Under the pieces are notes generated by a model. It was given only the letters and a program-made list of their open reading frames with translations, had not been told where the DNA came from and made no database searches. Below, piece by piece: positions 8,221 through 16,615 of a DNA stretch of 30,485 bases. The position numbers and the translations under genes were made by a program. Origin of the DNA: an uncultured Nitrospiraceae bacterium (GTDB taxonomy: Bacteria; Nitrospirota; Thermodesulfovibrionia; Thermodesulfovibrionales; Dissulfurispiraceae); the NCBI GenBank assembly GCA_947085205.1, contig CAMTVO010000031.1:1-30485 (forward strand), in the 5' to 3' direction. How positions within the stretch are numbered: the first letter of the stretch is position 1; each line of letters starts with the position of its first letter.

Positions 8221-9760
8221 CCGTTGAATTTTTAAGTTCTTCCGATACCCTCGTAAGTTTATTCACTTCATGCGTAACATCTCCGGACATTTTTTCCATA
8301 TCCCGCGCTATGACCGATGTCTTCTCTATGTTTTTTGCCACTTCCTCCGATGCCGCAGACTGTTCGTCAACAGCAGTAGCTATCTGCGTTATTTGATCCC
8401 TTACCTTATGAACCGACTCCACTATGTGGTTCAAAGATTCCCCTACGTCCCTTATATAATCCGTTGCCTTCGTCACCTCGCCGGACGCCTCTTCCATAGA
8501 TTTGGTGGTCTGCGTTGATTCGGATTGAACCGCAACTATTTTTTTGGATATCTCGGTGGTTGCCTTTATAGTCCTTTCGGCAAGTTTCCTTACCTCATCG
8601 GCGACTACAGTAAACCCTCTTCCCTGTTCTCCTGCCCTCGCTGCCTCTATTGCCGCATTCAATGCAAGAAGGTTGGTCTGATCCGCTATATCCTTAATAA
8701 CGGTTATTATATCTCCTATCTCGGATGCGCGATTATTAAGCTTCTCTACCATTGTGGCAAGTTCTACGGTTGATGTGTATACCCTGTTTACTGTCTGAAC
8801 GGCTCCGTCAGCCACTTCTTTACCTTTTGATGCCGTTTCCATTGCTTCTGTGGATGTTTCGGACGCAACGGATGCGTTTTTAGCTATGTCCGTTATTGTC
8901 TGGCTCATTTCTTCTGCTGCCGTGGCTATCTGGTGGGCCTGTGATGACTGGTTTTGAGCCCCCTCTGTCGTTTTTTCGGCCATTGCTCTAAGGACGTCAA
9001 CAGTCGATACTACGTTGTTTGAGGATGTAAGTATGCCGTTGATCATTGTGTTGAAAGACTGAACCATTTTGTTCATATCCTGTGCAAGGGCGCCGATCTC
9101 ATCCTTACTCCTGTAATTTATGTTTATTCTCATGTCCCCTGTAGCAACGTGTTTTACGCTGTCCGTTAAATCCGTTAATGGCTTGGCTATCTTTGCATTG
9201 CTTTTCATTAATATTACCGCCAATAGTATGAGGTTTGATACAAAAATGATGATTTGTATAATTTTTAATGTGGATATATTCCTCTCTACCATCTCTGTAG
9301 CAATAACTACGGATGCCTCTGATGCTTTCAGAAGATTTTGACTGTCGGCATAGAGATCGTTTAAAACATTCTCGCCGTCTGCCGCTTTTTTAACTGTTAT
9401 CTTGTATTTTGCCCATATATTTTCTATTTCCTTCATTTTGTCGAGGAATTTAATATCTGCGGCCTTCGGCAGCATGAACCCAGCATCTCCGTTTATAAGA
9501 CCTTTGATTATCCTGTCCAGTTTTGCAACCGACTCGTTAATCTCCGTTTCTGTGGTAACTCCCTGATACTTGAGGGATGTCAAAGCAGCTATCCTTTGCG
9601 ACAATGCCCTTTGCCTGCCTGCATAATCAACGACCATGCCGTCATGCCCCATCCGTCCAAGTTGGAAAAAGACGGACATTGCGCTCATCAGCGCAAAAAC
9701 CAAAAGTACTGCAAGACTAACTCTTATCTGTGAAATAATCTTCATGTCATCCTCCTGCAA
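8201..9760 (-). CDS. Methyl-accepting chemotaxis protein with PilJ/NarX-like sensor and HAMP domain
   Basis: [10 protein letters not shown] sensor motif, HAMP (DEIG.L), [26 protein letters not shown] signalling hairpin. Confidence 0.95.
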   Translation of the reverse strand: MQEDDMKIISQIRVSLAVLLVFALMSAMSVFFQLGRMGHDGMVVDYAGRQRALSQRIAALTSLKYQGVTTETEINESVAKLDRIIKGLINGDAGFMLPKAADIKFLDKMKEIENIWAKYKITVKKAADGENVLNDLYADSQNLLKASEASVVIATEMVERNISTLKIIQIIIFVSNLILLAVILMKSNAKIAKPLTDLTDSVKHVATGDMRININYRSKDEIGALAQDMNKMVQSFNTMINGILTSSNNVVSTVDVLRAMAEKTTEGAQNQSSQAHQIATAAEEMSQTITDIAKNASVASETSTEAMETASKGKEVADGAVQTVNRVYTSTVELATMVEKLNNRASEIGDIITVIKDIADQTNLLALNAAIEAARAGEQGRGFTVVADEVRKLAERTIKATTEISKKIVAVQSESTQTTKSMEEASGEVTKATDYIRDVGESLNHIVESVHKVRDQITQIATAVDEQSAASEEVAKNIEKTSVIARDMEKMSGDVTHEVNKLTRVSEELKNSTAGFKTA

Positions 9761-9802
9761 AGTTGGTTTATTAAAAATACATGCTAAAACTCTATCAGGA
9801 AA

Positions 9803-9842
9803 TTCTGAATGTAATATGAAGTTTTTATGAAAGGATTATGAA
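9803..9842 (-). promoter_or_regulatory. TTATGAA-N4 direct-repeat box, site C (4 repeats)
   Basis: ttctgaa 9803, atatgaa 9814, ttatgaa 9825, ttatgaa 9836; exact 11-bp period, upstream of the MCP. Confidence 0.72.
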
Positions 9843-9845
9843 AGC

Positions 9846-9882
9846 AAAAAAAGAGGCAGCCTTCGGGGAGAGAAGGCTGCCT
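9846..9882 (-). terminator. Intrinsic terminator after the 9900-10217 gene
   Basis: 11-bp stem aggcagccttc/gaaggctgcct (9854-9882) followed on the minus strand by a T-run. Confidence 0.8.
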
Positions 9883-9899
9883 TAAGGGGGGGGTGCTAA

Positions 9900-10217
9900 T
9901 TAATATATCGACCTGATCCTTCCTGTTTTAGAGTCAAGCAGGATTTTATCAATTAGTTTTTTGTTTTTGGTGATTTCCGCCTCGATAAATCTTCCGTCTT
10001 GTTTTATAATAACTACCTGCATGCCTTTTTTTGCATAGTGCGATTGCAGGACATTGACTGCTTCCTTATGAGTAGGCTGTTCTTTGCAGTATCCGTAAGC
10101 CCCGCACATAGGGCAGCGCTCTCCATCTGAAGTAGCGCTTTCGGATGGACGATTTTCAGCGTATACATAGAAAGTTGTGATTACGGATAGGAGAATTATA
10201 AATATCCATCTTAACAT
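9900..10217 (-). CDS. Small exported PepSY-like protein with CPMC...C motif
   Basis: Signal peptide; C-terminal E.EI.....LLD..TG.I PepSY-like pattern. Confidence 0.6.
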   Translation of the reverse strand: MLRWIFIILLSVITTFYVYAENRPSESATSDGERCPMCGAYGYCKEQPTHKEAVNVLQSHYAKKGMQVVIIKQDGRFIEAEITKNKKLIDKILLDSKTGRIRSIY

Positions 10218-10237
10218 GAACTTATGATACAGCCTGA

Positions 10238-10255
10238 TTTTGAAGGAATTATGAA
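10238..10255 (-). promoter_or_regulatory. TTATGAA-N4 direct-repeat box, site D, with -10 TATCAT (10229-10224)
   Basis: ttttgaa 10238 and ttatgaa 10249. Confidence 0.55.
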
Positions 10256-10366
10256 GATTTATAAGTTTCTTTAATTTAGTGCAAATATCCTAATCCGATG
10301 GTTTGAGATAACGAATAGAATCATCCTCTCTCGGTTTGAATGGATATATTGTAAGGCATTGAATGT

Positions 10367-10795
10367 TCATTTTACCTCCACCTCAAATACAGTCCTGTCG
10401 CTTTCGTCGCCCTTTGTGACCTTCACCCTCAACTCATACGATCCCTGGACGTCATAAACGACATTGCTTATTATGTATTCACCGTCTGAGGTCTCTTTTG
10501 TTTTTGTTTTATCTTTAGATAGAACACCTCTGTCTTTGTTCCATACTTCAACCTCAACCCTTGCACCCTCAAGATCCTTGCCTTCTATATCGTGAAGATA
10601 AACTCTGACCTTATTTTTTCCAATTCTCGGTTTTACCGGTTCAAGAACTATCTCTATGCTAAACAAGCCGTTGTCTGACACCTTTGTTATTCCCTCTGCG
10701 AAGTGAGGCAGGGGTTTTGCTTTTTTGCCGTGGGCAATGGCTTCAGTGGTAAACAGGAAGGTTAACATGAATAAAAACCAAAAATATTTTTTCAT
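10367..10795 (-). CDS. YtkA/FixH-like secreted protein
   Basis: Start ATG 10795 overlaps the cytochrome stop (ATGA) after GGAGG; P.IG.N, G.Y motifs. Confidence 0.75.
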   Translation of the reverse strand: MKKYFWFLFMLTFLFTTEAIAHGKKAKPLPHFAEGITKVSDNGLFSIEIVLEPVKPRIGKNKVRVYLHDIEGKDLEGARVEVEVWNKDRGVLSKDKTKTKETSDGEYIISNVVYDVQGSYELRVKVTKGDESDRTVFEVEVK

Positions 10796-11199
10796 TTTTC
10801 CACCTCCTTTTTGATGCTTTTGATGTAATTTACAATATGCCAACCCATATTCTTAGTTAACTCCTTTTTAAATCCGCTCATGGATGTCCCTTTTGCTCCG
10901 TGCACAATAACATGGTATATTTCCCCGTCTGTATTTCCATGTATCCACATATCATCCGTAAGGTCGGGGGCAATATCTCCTATTCCTGCTTCACCGTGAC
11001 ACCTGCTGCAATGTTTTTCATAGAGTCTCTTGCCTTCGCTGATGGATTGTTCGCTCATGGGTACGGGATTCTTTATTTTTGCATATTGTTTATGCCTGTG
11101 CGGATGAGGTTTGTGAATGTGTTCTGCTGTTTGCGCAAAGACATCAAATGACGCAAGACTGAACATCAAAAATATACTTAATACCGCTAAATATTTCAT
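10792..11199 (-). CDS. Monoheme cytochrome c with His-rich N-terminus (copy 2)
   Basis: EHIHKPHPHRHK, CSRCHG, WIHG.TDGEIY; paralogue of 4977-5411. Confidence 0.9.
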   Translation of the reverse strand: MKYLAVLSIFLMFSLASFDVFAQTAEHIHKPHPHRHKQYAKIKNPVPMSEQSISEGKRLYEKHCSRCHGEAGIGDIAPDLTDDMWIHGNTDGEIYHVIVHGAKGTSMSGFKKELTKNMGWHIVNYIKSIKKEVEK

Positions 11200-11247
11200 A
11201 GCTTACCTCCGGATTTGGGGTTAATCATACCCTACCATATTAGCAGA

Positions 11248-11265
11248 TATTGAAGAAATTATGAA
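11248..11265 (-). promoter_or_regulatory. TTATGAA-N4 direct-repeat box, site E
   Basis: tattgaa 11248 and ttatgaa 11259 (overlaps the hydrolase stop codon). Confidence 0.5.
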
Positions 11266-12032
11266 GAAATCCTCATGTCCCTGAGAAAAGGAAACTTTGA
11301 GCGGACCTCGTTCACCTCGTCAGGATTGAACTCTCCTATGAGAAGTTCTTCTTTTTCGTCGCCGCAGAGAATATCATTCCCAAACGGGTCAAAAATATGG
11401 GATGCGCCTGGATAGCTGATGCCATTTCCGTCCGTACCGACTCTGTTCACGCCGATTACAAAGCATTGATTCTCGATTGCCCTTGCCTTAAGCAGTGTCT
11501 CCCAGTGCTCTTTTCTGGAAGTAGGCCAGTTGGCTATGACAAAAATTGCCTGCACATCTTTTGCTATTTTTCTGAATACTTCAGGGAAGCGAAGGTCATA
11601 GCAGATGAATATGCTTGAAGCCGTACCGTCTATATCGAAGGTGACGGTGTCCTTTCCTGCGCTGTAATACCCATCTTCTTTGAGAAGGGAAAAAGGATAT
11701 ATTTTTGTATACGAGGCAATACGCATGCCTTTTCTGTTATACACGGCGGCTATGTTCCTGCCTTTTTTTTCTCCTGAATCTTTAACAGAGAAGCCTGCAA
11801 TTATGTGTATGCCGTATTTTTCAGCCATTCCAGACAATACAGAATCCGTTTCTCCCATGTCTTCTTCTGCAATATTTTGAAGGTTCATCGAAAAGCCGGT
11901 GTTGAACATTTCTGGCAAAACAACGACATCGCATTTTTCCTCTGATGCTTTTTTCACAAAAAACTCAGCCTTTTCATAATTGGCTTTCTTCGATTCCCAT
12001 ACAATGTCAAGTTGTATCAATGCTGTCTTCAT
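11259..12032 (-). CDS. Carbon-nitrogen hydrolase (nitrilase family, YafV/Nit-like amidase)
   Basis: Catalytic E-K-C triad: LPEMF, YTK, ICYDLRFPE; ARAIENQ. Confidence 0.93.
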   Translation of the reverse strand: MKTALIQLDIVWESKKANYEKAEFFVKKASEEKCDVVVLPEMFNTGFSMNLQNIAEEDMGETDSVLSGMAEKYGIHIIAGFSVKDSGEKKGRNIAAVYNRKGMRIASYTKIYPFSLLKEDGYYSAGKDTVTFDIDGTASSIFICYDLRFPEVFRKIAKDVQAIFVIANWPTSRKEHWETLLKARAIENQCFVIGVNRVGTDGNGISYPGASHIFDPFGNDILCGDEKEELLIGEFNPDEVNEVRSKFPFLRDMRISS

Positions 12033-12036
12033 GCTT

Positions 12037-13419
12037 TTATTCTATATTTAGGGGCAGATAAACCCTGAAAGTGGTTCCTTCATCAACCCTGCTTTCGACC
12101 TCGATCCTTCCACCCATAACATTTACTAACTCCTTCACAATTGCGAGACCGAGTCCCAGCCCGCCTTCGCCCCCCCTTGTTAAGGGGGGGATGGGGGGTT
12201 GATTTACCACTTTGTAAAAGCGGTTGAATATGAGAGGCATTTCATCTTCGGGTATGCCTTTGCCCGAATCCCTTATCTCGATAAAGAAATTATTATTCTT
12301 CGTGCCGTAGTCCATCCTGACGCCGCCTTTTTCGGTGAACTTAAGGGAATTGGACAGAATGTTCCTTACTATCTTTTCGAGTTTTTCGGCATCCGCATTA
12401 ACGGTAAGGTCTTTTTTGCCTATTAAAGTTATTTCAAGACCCTTTTCTTTAAATGCCGGCCTGATTTCTTCCGAGAGTTCTGACAGGAATTCCTTGAGAT
12501 TGACTTTCGTAAATTCTCCCCTTGTAAAAAAGCTCGCCTCTGCGGCTGTAATGTCTTCTATGCCTTTTATGAGCTTTATCAGGCGGTTTATCTCATTTTT
12601 TATATTTTCGAGACCCTTTTTTGTGTCTTCGATGATTCCGTCCTCCATAGCCTCCATGTGCGTCTTCATGATGGTCAGCGGCGTCCGCAGTTCGTGCGCG
12701 ATGTTTGATGTCAGGTGTTTCCTTAATTTCTCTTCTTTCTGCAGCGATTCCGCCATTATATTAAAGCTTTTTGACAGCTTTCCTATCTCGTCATTGGTTG
12801 TGGGAGTTATTTTTACATTGAAATCGCCTTTTGCGACGCTTTCCGCTGCCGACTTCAGATTTGTTATAGGCTTTGACAGATATTGGCTGAAAAAGAGCGC
12901 TATGACCAGCGAGCCGCCGCCTGCAATCAATAAGGATACGAGGATGAAGTTTTTTGCCCTCTTTCTGAATATTGACTCCTTTTCTTTTAAAACATCCTTC
13001 TCAAACGGTCTCGACAGGAGGGCTCCTATCTTTTTATCCTTTATGTAGAGCGGATATGTCTCATATCTGCCGTCTGTTTTATGGATATGGAACAGCCCTT
13101 CCATTCTGCGCTTCATGGCGTCTGAGAGAGAATCCATGACCGCATGCGATGAAATCACTTCGCTTTCTTCCGCATTAAGGACTTTTATGTCGAGACCCAG
13201 CATCATGGCCCAGTGAATCGATTCGGAAAGCGCCTGCTTATTCCATCTGCCATCCGAGTAAGCGCCTTCCACAGACGCCAGTATCCAGTATAACTGGTCT
13301 TCCTTTACGCCGTTTACATAGTTATCGAAATCCCTTATTATCAGCCATTCAAAGATGAAGTTCGAAAAAAGGGCGGCGAAAATTACGATTATAAAAGCAA
13401 GGAATATCTTAGTCTTCAT
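12037..13419 (-). CDS. BaeS/CusS-type HAMP sensor histidine kinase
   Basis: Two TM helices, HAMP, AHELRTPL H-box, N, G1 (DSGKGI), F and G2 (GLGLGL) boxes. Confidence 0.95.
   Translation of the reverse strand: MKTKIFLAFIIVIFAALFSNFIFEWLIIRDFDNYVNGVKEDQLYWILASVEGAYSDGRWNKQALSESIHWAMMLGLDIKVLNAEESEVISSHAVMDSLSDAMKRRMEGLFHIHKTDGRYETYPLYIKDKKIGALLSRPFEKDVLKEKESIFRKRAKNFILVSLLIAGGGSLVIALFFSQYLSKPITNLKSAAESVAKGDFNVKITPTTNDEIGKLSKSFNIMAESLQKEEKLRKHLTSNIAHELRTPLTIMKTHMEAMEDGIIEDTKKGLENIKNEINRLIKLIKGIEDITAAEASFFTRGEFTKVNLKEFLSELSEEIRPAFKEKGLEITLIGKKDLTVNADAEKLEKIVRNILSNSLKFTEKGGVRMDYGTKNNNFFIEIRDSGKGIPEDEMPLIFNRFYKVVNQPPIPPLTRGGEGGLGLGLAIVKELVNVMGGRIEVESRVDEGTTFRVYLPLNIE
12158..12203. repeat. GC-rich palindromic element in frame in the kinase ATP lid
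   Basis: ccccccctt-gtt-aaggggggg (12170-12190) encodes part of NQPPIPPLTRGGEGG. Confidence 0.7.
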
Positions 13420-14108
13420 TAGTCGGGAATTCCTATGAACTTATATCCGGTTCCATAGACGGTTTTTATAAACATAGATTTTTGAGGATTGTCTTCTATT
13501 TTATGCCGTATGTTTTTGATATGGGCATCGATAACCCTGTCGTATCCCTCGAAATCGTACCCCTGCACTGCGTTAACCATCTGAAGACGTGTAAATACCA
13601 TTTGCGGTTTTTCGGCAAGGCACAAAAGCATCTTGAATTCTGTCGATGTAAGCGGTACGATCTTACCGCCTTTTCTAACCTCCATAGAAGGGGCGTCTAT
13701 CATTAAAAGTCCGTTATTAAAGGATAATGTCTTTTTTTCGTTTTTTTTTGTCCTTCTCAGGTGTGCCTTTACCCTTGCCGCGAGCTCTCTCGGACTGAAT
13801 GGTTTTACGACATAATCATCAGCGCCCATTCCAAGTCCTTTGACCCTGTCGTCTTCGGCGCTCTTTGCTGTGAGCATGATAATCGGAATATCCGAGAATT
13901 CCCTTACGGAGCCGCATATTGTTTCCCCGTCGATGTCCGGAAGCATCAAGTCGAGGATTATGAGGTCGAAATTGTTTTTTATTTGACTTATCGCCTTCTG
14001 TCCGGTTTCTGCTATAGTTACTTCAAAGCCGTCCCTCTGGAGATAGGACTTCACAATATCAGCAATTTTTTTTTCGTCTTCTACTATAAGAATCTTTTCG
14101 TTATTCAT
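13419..14108 (-). CDS. OmpR/PhoB-family response regulator
   Basis: REC domain (EDE, LDLMLP, TAK, KPF) plus winged helix (R.IDAHIKNIR.KI, TVYG.GY). Confidence 0.96.
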   Translation of the reverse strand: MNNEKILIVEDEKKIADIVKSYLQRDGFEVTIAETGQKAISQIKNNFDLIILDLMLPDIDGETICGSVREFSDIPIIMLTAKSAEDDRVKGLGMGADDYVVKPFSPRELAARVKAHLRRTKKNEKKTLSFNNGLLMIDAPSMEVRKGGKIVPLTSTEFKMLLCLAEKPQMVFTRLQMVNAVQGYDFEGYDRVIDAHIKNIRHKIEDNPQKSMFIKTVYGTGYKFIGIPD

Positions 14109-15103
14109 TCAGGTATTCTTACGCCCCTTAGAAATCCTGCGCTCACTTCCGGTACAAGTGGATTTATATACATGCCGGAGCCGAGTTCAAAGCCTGATGC
14201 CATAGCGACCCTCGGCACTATACTCAGGTACCAGTGTATAAACTCCGAATTTATATCGCAAGGACTGCCGGACCTTATTACATAATTAAAATCTGGATGC
14301 TCCAGTCCGTAGTATAATTTCGACATTGTCGATTTCAGATTCACTGCGAGGTCCCATATCTCTTCGGAACGCATGTCTGCAAAAAAGCCTGAATGCCTCT
14401 TAGGGAATATCCATATATGAAACGGAGACAATGCAGCATACGGCACGAATGATACGAAATGTTCTGTGTTGCAAAGGATTCTGCTTCCGTCGCTGGCTTC
14501 ATCCTTCAATGTATTGCAAAGCAGGCATTCGCCTGTGTCATCGAAATATCTCATAGCATTTTCGATCCTGCTCCTTATCTGGAGAGGCGTTACCGGAACG
14601 CCTACAATTTGTGAATGAGAATGCTCTATGGTTGTGCCGGATGCAGGGCCGTTGTTTTTGAATATAATTACATGCTCAACCCTGGGGTTTTTATATATTT
14701 CAAGGAACCTGTCCTTGTAAGTCTGTATGACCTCTTTTAACTGCTCCACAGGCATGGTGGCTGTTGTGAGATTGTGAATCGGTGTTTCTATGATGACCTC
14801 ATGTATGCCGACCCCATTGACGGTTTTCTTCAATCCGGTATTTGTTCTCCGTCTCTCGCCTTCCCTCGAGAGAACCGCAAATTTATTCGGCACTACCCTT
14901 ATCCTCCATCCTTTTTCGTCCTTGATTCTGTATTGTTCGTCAGGTGTTTTCGATTCATTCCCGGGACAAAAAGGGCATATATCGACAAAATCCGGATGTT
15001 TTTTGCGCTCGCGTGTCCCTATGAAGTCTTCTGGTTTTTTGTTCTTCTCTCTGGCAATAATCACCCATTCTCTCGTTATCAGATTCAGTCTCAGTTCAGG
15101 CAT
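14105..15103 (-). CDS. galT: Galactose-1-phosphate uridylyltransferase (HIT-like)
   Basis: ELR.N.IT.EWVII, CPFCPGNE, HEVIIE, HSHSQ, GFELGSG motifs. Confidence 0.92.
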   Translation of the reverse strand: MPELRLNLITREWVIIAREKNKKPEDFIGTRERKKHPDFVDICPFCPGNESKTPDEQYRIKDEKGWRIRVVPNKFAVLSREGERRRTNTGLKKTVNGVGIHEVIIETPIHNLTTATMPVEQLKEVIQTYKDRFLEIYKNPRVEHVIIFKNNGPASGTTIEHSHSQIVGVPVTPLQIRSRIENAMRYFDDTGECLLCNTLKDEASDGSRILCNTEHFVSFVPYAALSPFHIWIFPKRHSGFFADMRSEEIWDLAVNLKSTMSKLYYGLEHPDFNYVIRSGSPCDINSEFIHWYLSIVPRVAMASGFELGSGMYINPLVPEVSAGFLRGVRIPE

Positions 15104-15157
15104 AGCTTACCCCCCTCGGCTTTTATCTAATATTATCACATCTTGCATGAAACTTTT

Positions 15158-15188
15158 ACCACGTTAGAAAAGACCCTTCTAACGGGGT
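15158..15188. repeat. Intergenic palindrome CGTTAGAA-N7-TTCTAACG (REP/MITE-like or terminator)
   Basis: Perfect 8-bp arms at 15162-15169 and 15177-15184, extendable by acc/ggt. Confidence 0.55.
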
Positions 15189-15198
15189 TTACGGATGG

Positions 15199-16452
15199 CT
15201 ATTTAGTTTTAAGCATCTCGCTGACTTTTTTCATCGCCTCTTCTTTAGAAACTATTATTCCTTTTAAGACCAAATCCTCTACGGTATCGAGTATTTTTTT
15301 GAACAAAGGAGACGGCTTCAAATCAAATTCTTTTATCAAATCATCACCCGTAATAATTGGGAGCATGGCCATTCTTTGCTTAAACTTCTCATTATAGAAT
15401 GCAAAGAGTTTCCGGCAGAAATCCTTTGCTGATGGATCCTGGGCCATGCCGAGTATTGCCAGCGAATATGTGTCGTCATGGAATTCTTTTAAAAATCCAG
15501 CGGCTGCTGACTCATCGAAGTTGCCTTTGCTTTCTTCATGCAATTCCAGAATTCTGTTGCGGTTTAATGCCATCTCATGTACGAATTCCGCTTCTTTTTT
15601 TGACATCTTTAATCTTATAGCCGATTGCTTGGCACTATCATGGTCAGGGAAGATTGTAGAGAGTTTTAAGCATATCTTTCTGTAATCAGCCTTAAAATAT
15701 TCGGATACTGCTTCTGAATAATCCGGAAAATATGCAGGGGGATTACTTAAAACCTCTTCAGTTGTTTTATATAATTCTGGATTAATTTTAGGAAGGATAT
15801 TGAACAAAATGTCATCGTCAATCATGGCTTTGATTGTTTTATATGAACTATCAAGCCTTATGATATGTCTTAATTCATCTGCAATTCTTTCTACTGCAAC
15901 AGAAGCTGTCAGCGATGCGAGTCTTTTGGCTGCGTTGAGAGTTTTTTCTTCTATGGAAAAGTCTAATGTTGCAGCAAAGCGGTAGATGCGGAGAATCCGC
16001 AAAGGGTCTTTTATAAGATTTTCCTCCGATACCATTTTGATGATTCTGTTAGAGAGGTCATCCCTTCCATTATAAGTATCAATTAACTCTAAACTCTGAA
16101 CTCCGAACTCTAAACTCTTTAGCGGTATCGCCATTGCATTTATAGTGATGTCCCGCTCTGCAATGTCCGTGTAAATCGAATCGCCACGCATCATGGAAAT
16201 GTCAAGAAAAAAGCTGTTTTTGACTATGCGGGCAACTCCGAATTTCTCGTCAAGGAGAACGAATGTTCCGCCAACTTCTTTTGCAAACTTTCCGGCAATA
16301 TTCAGGGCATCTCCTTTTATCGCTATGTCTATATCTTTCAGTTCTTTCTCAAGCAGAATATCTCTGACAGCGCCTCCGACAATGAATGCGTTATCAGTAA
16401 GGCTGTGTTTTTCGGAAAAGTTTGTGAATAGTTTTAAAAGGACATCCTTCAT
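15199..16452 (-). CDS. Class II tRNA nucleotidyltransferase (CCA/poly(A) polymerase family; probably CC-adding type)
   Basis: VGGAVRD...DID, RDITINA, DPLRILR.YRF, A.ERI..EL, TG.DL. Likely start ATG 16452. Confidence 0.9.
   Translation of the reverse strand: MKDVLLKLFTNFSEKHSLTDNAFIVGGAVRDILLEKELKDIDIAIKGDALNIAGKFAKEVGGTFVLLDEKFGVARIVKNSFFLDISMMRGDSIYTDIAERDITINAMAIPLKSLEFGVQSLELIDTYNGRDDLSNRIIKMVSEENLIKDPLRILRIYRFAATLDFSIEEKTLNAAKRLASLTASVAVERIADELRHIIRLDSSYKTIKAMIDDDILFNILPKINPELYKTTEEVLSNPPAYFPDYSEAVSEYFKADYRKICLKLSTIFPDHDSAKQSAIRLKMSKKEAEFVHEMALNRNRILELHEESKGNFDESAAAGFLKEFHDDTYSLAILGMAQDPSAKDFCRKLFAFYNEKFKQRMAMLPIITGDDLIKEFDLKPSPLFKKILDTVEDLVLKGIIVSKEEAMKKVSEMLKTK
16085..16119. repeat. 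Heptamer array AACTCYN x5 in frame inside the nucleotidyltransferase
   Basis: aactcta aactctg aactccg aactcta aactctt; encodes KSLEFGVQSLEL. Confidence 0.9.
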
Positions 16453-16484
16453 TGTAAGACTTATTTTACTTGAGTTTTTTTCTA

Positions 16485-16514
16485 TTGACAAATGATTTTT
16501 TACAATGCTATCCT
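16485..16514 (+). promoter_or_regulatory. Sigma70-type promoter for the cbiM/nikM operon
   Basis: TTGACA 16485-16490, 18 nt, TGc-TATCCT 16509-16514. Its -35 overlaps a divergent TTGTCA-N17-TAAAAT on the minus strand. Confidence 0.65.
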
Positions 16515-16530
16515 TTTTTCAGGATATTAG

Positions 16531-16590
16531 AGCCACGAAGGCCTAAGCAAAGACCGGCAGGTCTATTAAAGCCTTCGTGGCTTTTTATTT
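16531..16590 (+). promoter_or_regulatory. Leader attenuator: dual hairpin (GCC-ACGAA-GGC; AGACC-GGCA-GGTCT) nested in an intrinsic terminator
   Basis: agccacgaaggc 16531-16542 pairs perfectly with gccttcgtggct 16571-16582, followed by a T-tract, between promoter and RBS. Confidence 0.75.
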
Positions 16591-16615
16591 TAGCGAGGAG
16601 GATTAGGAGGTTTTT

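Noticed and set aside
12335..13048. 237-aa plus-strand ORF and the other antisense or overlapping short ORFs in the track
   Set aside because: They are shadows of well-supported genes on the opposite strand or in another frame, with no motifs or RBS.
16515..16615. NiCo (czcD) or cobalamin riboswitch upstream of cbiM/nikM
   Set aside because: The leader is too short, with no four-way junction or B12 box; it is explained by the dual hairpin/terminator.
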